Positions 62,818 through 64,000 of a stretch of DNA of 64,000 bases are shown in pieces. Location: assembly GCA_022601595.1 (NCBI GenBank), contig JAJACI010000001.1, positions 66,536 through 130,535 of the forward strand, read 5' to 3'. The notes under the pieces are model-generated. The model was given only the letters and a program-made list of their open reading frames with translations, was not told the origin of the DNA and made no database searches. Positions within the stretch are counted from its first letter, which is position 1, and each line of letters opens with the position of its first letter. Both the position numbers and the translations under genes were made by a program. The DNA is from Chlamydiia bacterium (GTDB taxonomy: Bacteria > Chlamydiota > Chlamydiia > Chlamydiales > 2-12-FULL-49-11).

Positions 62818-62895
62818 CTACAGAGTCTCCTAAAGAAGACACTGAAAAACTCATGCGGAATAATTAGTCCAGCAGTTATGCAGAGTCTCCTAAAG
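62818..62895. repeat. Solo outward terminus plus internally deleted B-type mini element
   Basis: CAGAGTCTCCTAAAG occurs twice, 60 bp apart (62821 and 62881). Between them, AGAAGACACTGAAAAACTCATGCGGAATAATTAGTCCAG|CAGTTATG joins the two B-arm ends without the centre. Confidence 0.75.
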
Positions 62896-62926
62896 AGGCT
62901 CTCATTTTTTTTGATAAGAACAATTT

Positions 62927-62948
62927 GGTTACTACAATTGTAGTAACC
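62927..62948. repeat. Perfect palindrome GGTTACTACAATTGTAGTAACC
   Basis: Shares the 16-bp core TACTACAATTGTAGTA with the cydB terminator palindrome (36303-36326). Confidence 0.8.
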
Positions 62949-63083
62949 AAGAAGCAATAGTCAAGGCGTTACTGTTTTTCTATTAAGGATACGCTCTACA
63001 GTTAGGGAGATTTTTGGTGTTCTAGGAATTTATACTTAAAGCTTTACATTTTCTCTTGTTGTGATAAAGTGTATTTTTTACAG

Positions 63084-63107
63084 TCATATGAAACGGTGAT
63101 GACTATA
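63084..63107. repeat. Solo family-C terminus
   Basis: TCATATGAAACGGTGATGACTATA versus the consensus CCATATGAAACGGTAATGACTATA. Confidence 0.7.
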
Positions 63108-63123
63108 ATTCTCTTGGAGGGAA

Positions 63124-64000
63124 TATGAAAATACTAAGAAATTTATTTTATACTTGTCTTGCAGTCAATCTTTTTGCTTCAAAAGGAGATATACCAATCT
63201 ACCATGTAGAGTATTTTGATATTGGTAGGTGGGAGAGTGATCATTTTATTGACACTGGCACAGGAACGGTAAGCGAAGATCGTATAGATAGTTATTTATA
63301 CTATTTCTTTCAAGATATGTGGGGGCAAGGGCAGTGTAATGTAAATTTCTGTCATGGCCAAGCGGTTGATCTCTCTAACTTTATCAAGGGGGATTATGCA
63401 TCTATGAGTGCCACCAATTCTTTTGGTATATTGGAGAAAAAGACTTTAGGAAAGCTTGTAGGTGGCAAGTCTGTCTCTATGTATGTAGTGGATTGGTTGA
63501 TTACTTCGGTAGCGATGAAGACAGGAATTTCTTTTGGGGGAAAGGCTGCGACTGGTGGGGATTGGGATTTCGGATTTGATAAAATAGATCCGGTAGAGCT
63601 TGCACAAGATTTTTCAACATGGGCAAATGATTTAGCGCTTTCTAGACTTGATTTTGATGTGCAAAGTGCTGATTTTATTAAAAATGATCCACAGAAATTA
63701 GCAAGTTTCTTTACCACTTTAAAGGATCATTTCAATGGGAGAGTTACTTTAACTGTTCCAGGTGATGTTACATTGTGGGGGCTTCAAGGGAAAAATCTTT
63801 TTCCTCTTTTTAGGCATGCGCCTTTTAAGACAATGTTTGATAGTTTAAATTTAATCCTATTTGATCAAACCCATTATTATTTAAATGCAGGGCAAAAGCC
63901 TGTGCAAAATTGGGATTTATTTTTATGGATATCTCAGCTTGCAAAAGATAGTGGATATACCTTTGCACAGGCTGCCTCTCTTGTGAACATTGGATTTAAT
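63124..64000 (+). CDS. Secreted protein, partial (runs off the window end), possibly GH18 chitinase-like with Glu-to-Gln at the catalytic position
   Basis: Not in the ORF track because there is no stop within the window. TGGAGGG SD and signal peptide MKILRNLFYTCLAVNLFA. I read 292 codons without a stop. LSRLDFDVQS resembles the class-III GH18 motif LDGIDFDIE. Confidence 0.55.

Noticed and set aside
63394-63717. 107-aa minus-strand ORF.
   Set aside because: It lies antisense to the longer, SD- and signal-peptide-bearing plus-strand ORF that starts at 63124.
1-64000. Search by eye for a transposase, integrase or recombinase that could mobilise the A, B and C elements or the aroC cassette (DDE-type motifs, tyrosine recombinase R..H..R..Y, HUH motifs).
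   Set aside because: None of the translated ORFs shows such motifs. If an autonomous partner exists, it lies outside this window.

Overview
AT-rich bacterial chromosomal segment, most consistent with an environmental (Chlamydia-like) member of the Chlamydiae. Support: a 1790-aa internally duplicated UvrA; divergent xseB-xseA / tpiA-secG-def; uvrA close to pyk; cdaA (dacA), cydAB, aroD plus aroB-aroA-aroK-aroC; and many lineage-specific hypothetical or Inc-like membrane proteins. All assignments come from motif reading of the supplied translations, with no database search. The housekeeping backbone is nusB, murB, folC, acpS, lgt, rlmH, ssb, uvrA, pyk, rsmE, cdaA, the shikimate genes, cydAB, nadK, xseAB, tpiA, secG, def, tpx, recD2, tRNA-Asn and an SRP RNA absent from the ORF track. 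Several accessory patches interrupt it. The strongest unexplained signal is a dense family of ~167-bp palindromic MITE-like elements with termini TTAAGGAGACTCTGA. There are 6 full copies of subfamily A, 2 of subfamily B and at least 8 fragments or mini-derivatives. They sit exactly on gene 3' ends and provide the stop codon, and sometimes the last residues, of at least ten genes. A second 160-bp inverted-repeat element family (C) is also present. A 1.26-kb cassette between aroC and cydA is bounded by a 40-bp duplication of the aroC 3' end. It carries a start-less toxin-C-terminus-like fragment interrupted at a G8 tract, followed by an overlapping immunity-like ORF. Other accessory content:
- a paralogous gene cluster between uvrA and pyk;
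- an Inc-like membrane protein cluster with a 21-bp coding tandem repeat;
- tandem pepC paralogues next to a eukaryote-like GH5 glycolipid hydrolase;
- a possible EarP-like glycosyltransferase;
- an island downstream of tRNA-Asn.
No CRISPR array, rRNA, transposase or integrase was recognised.
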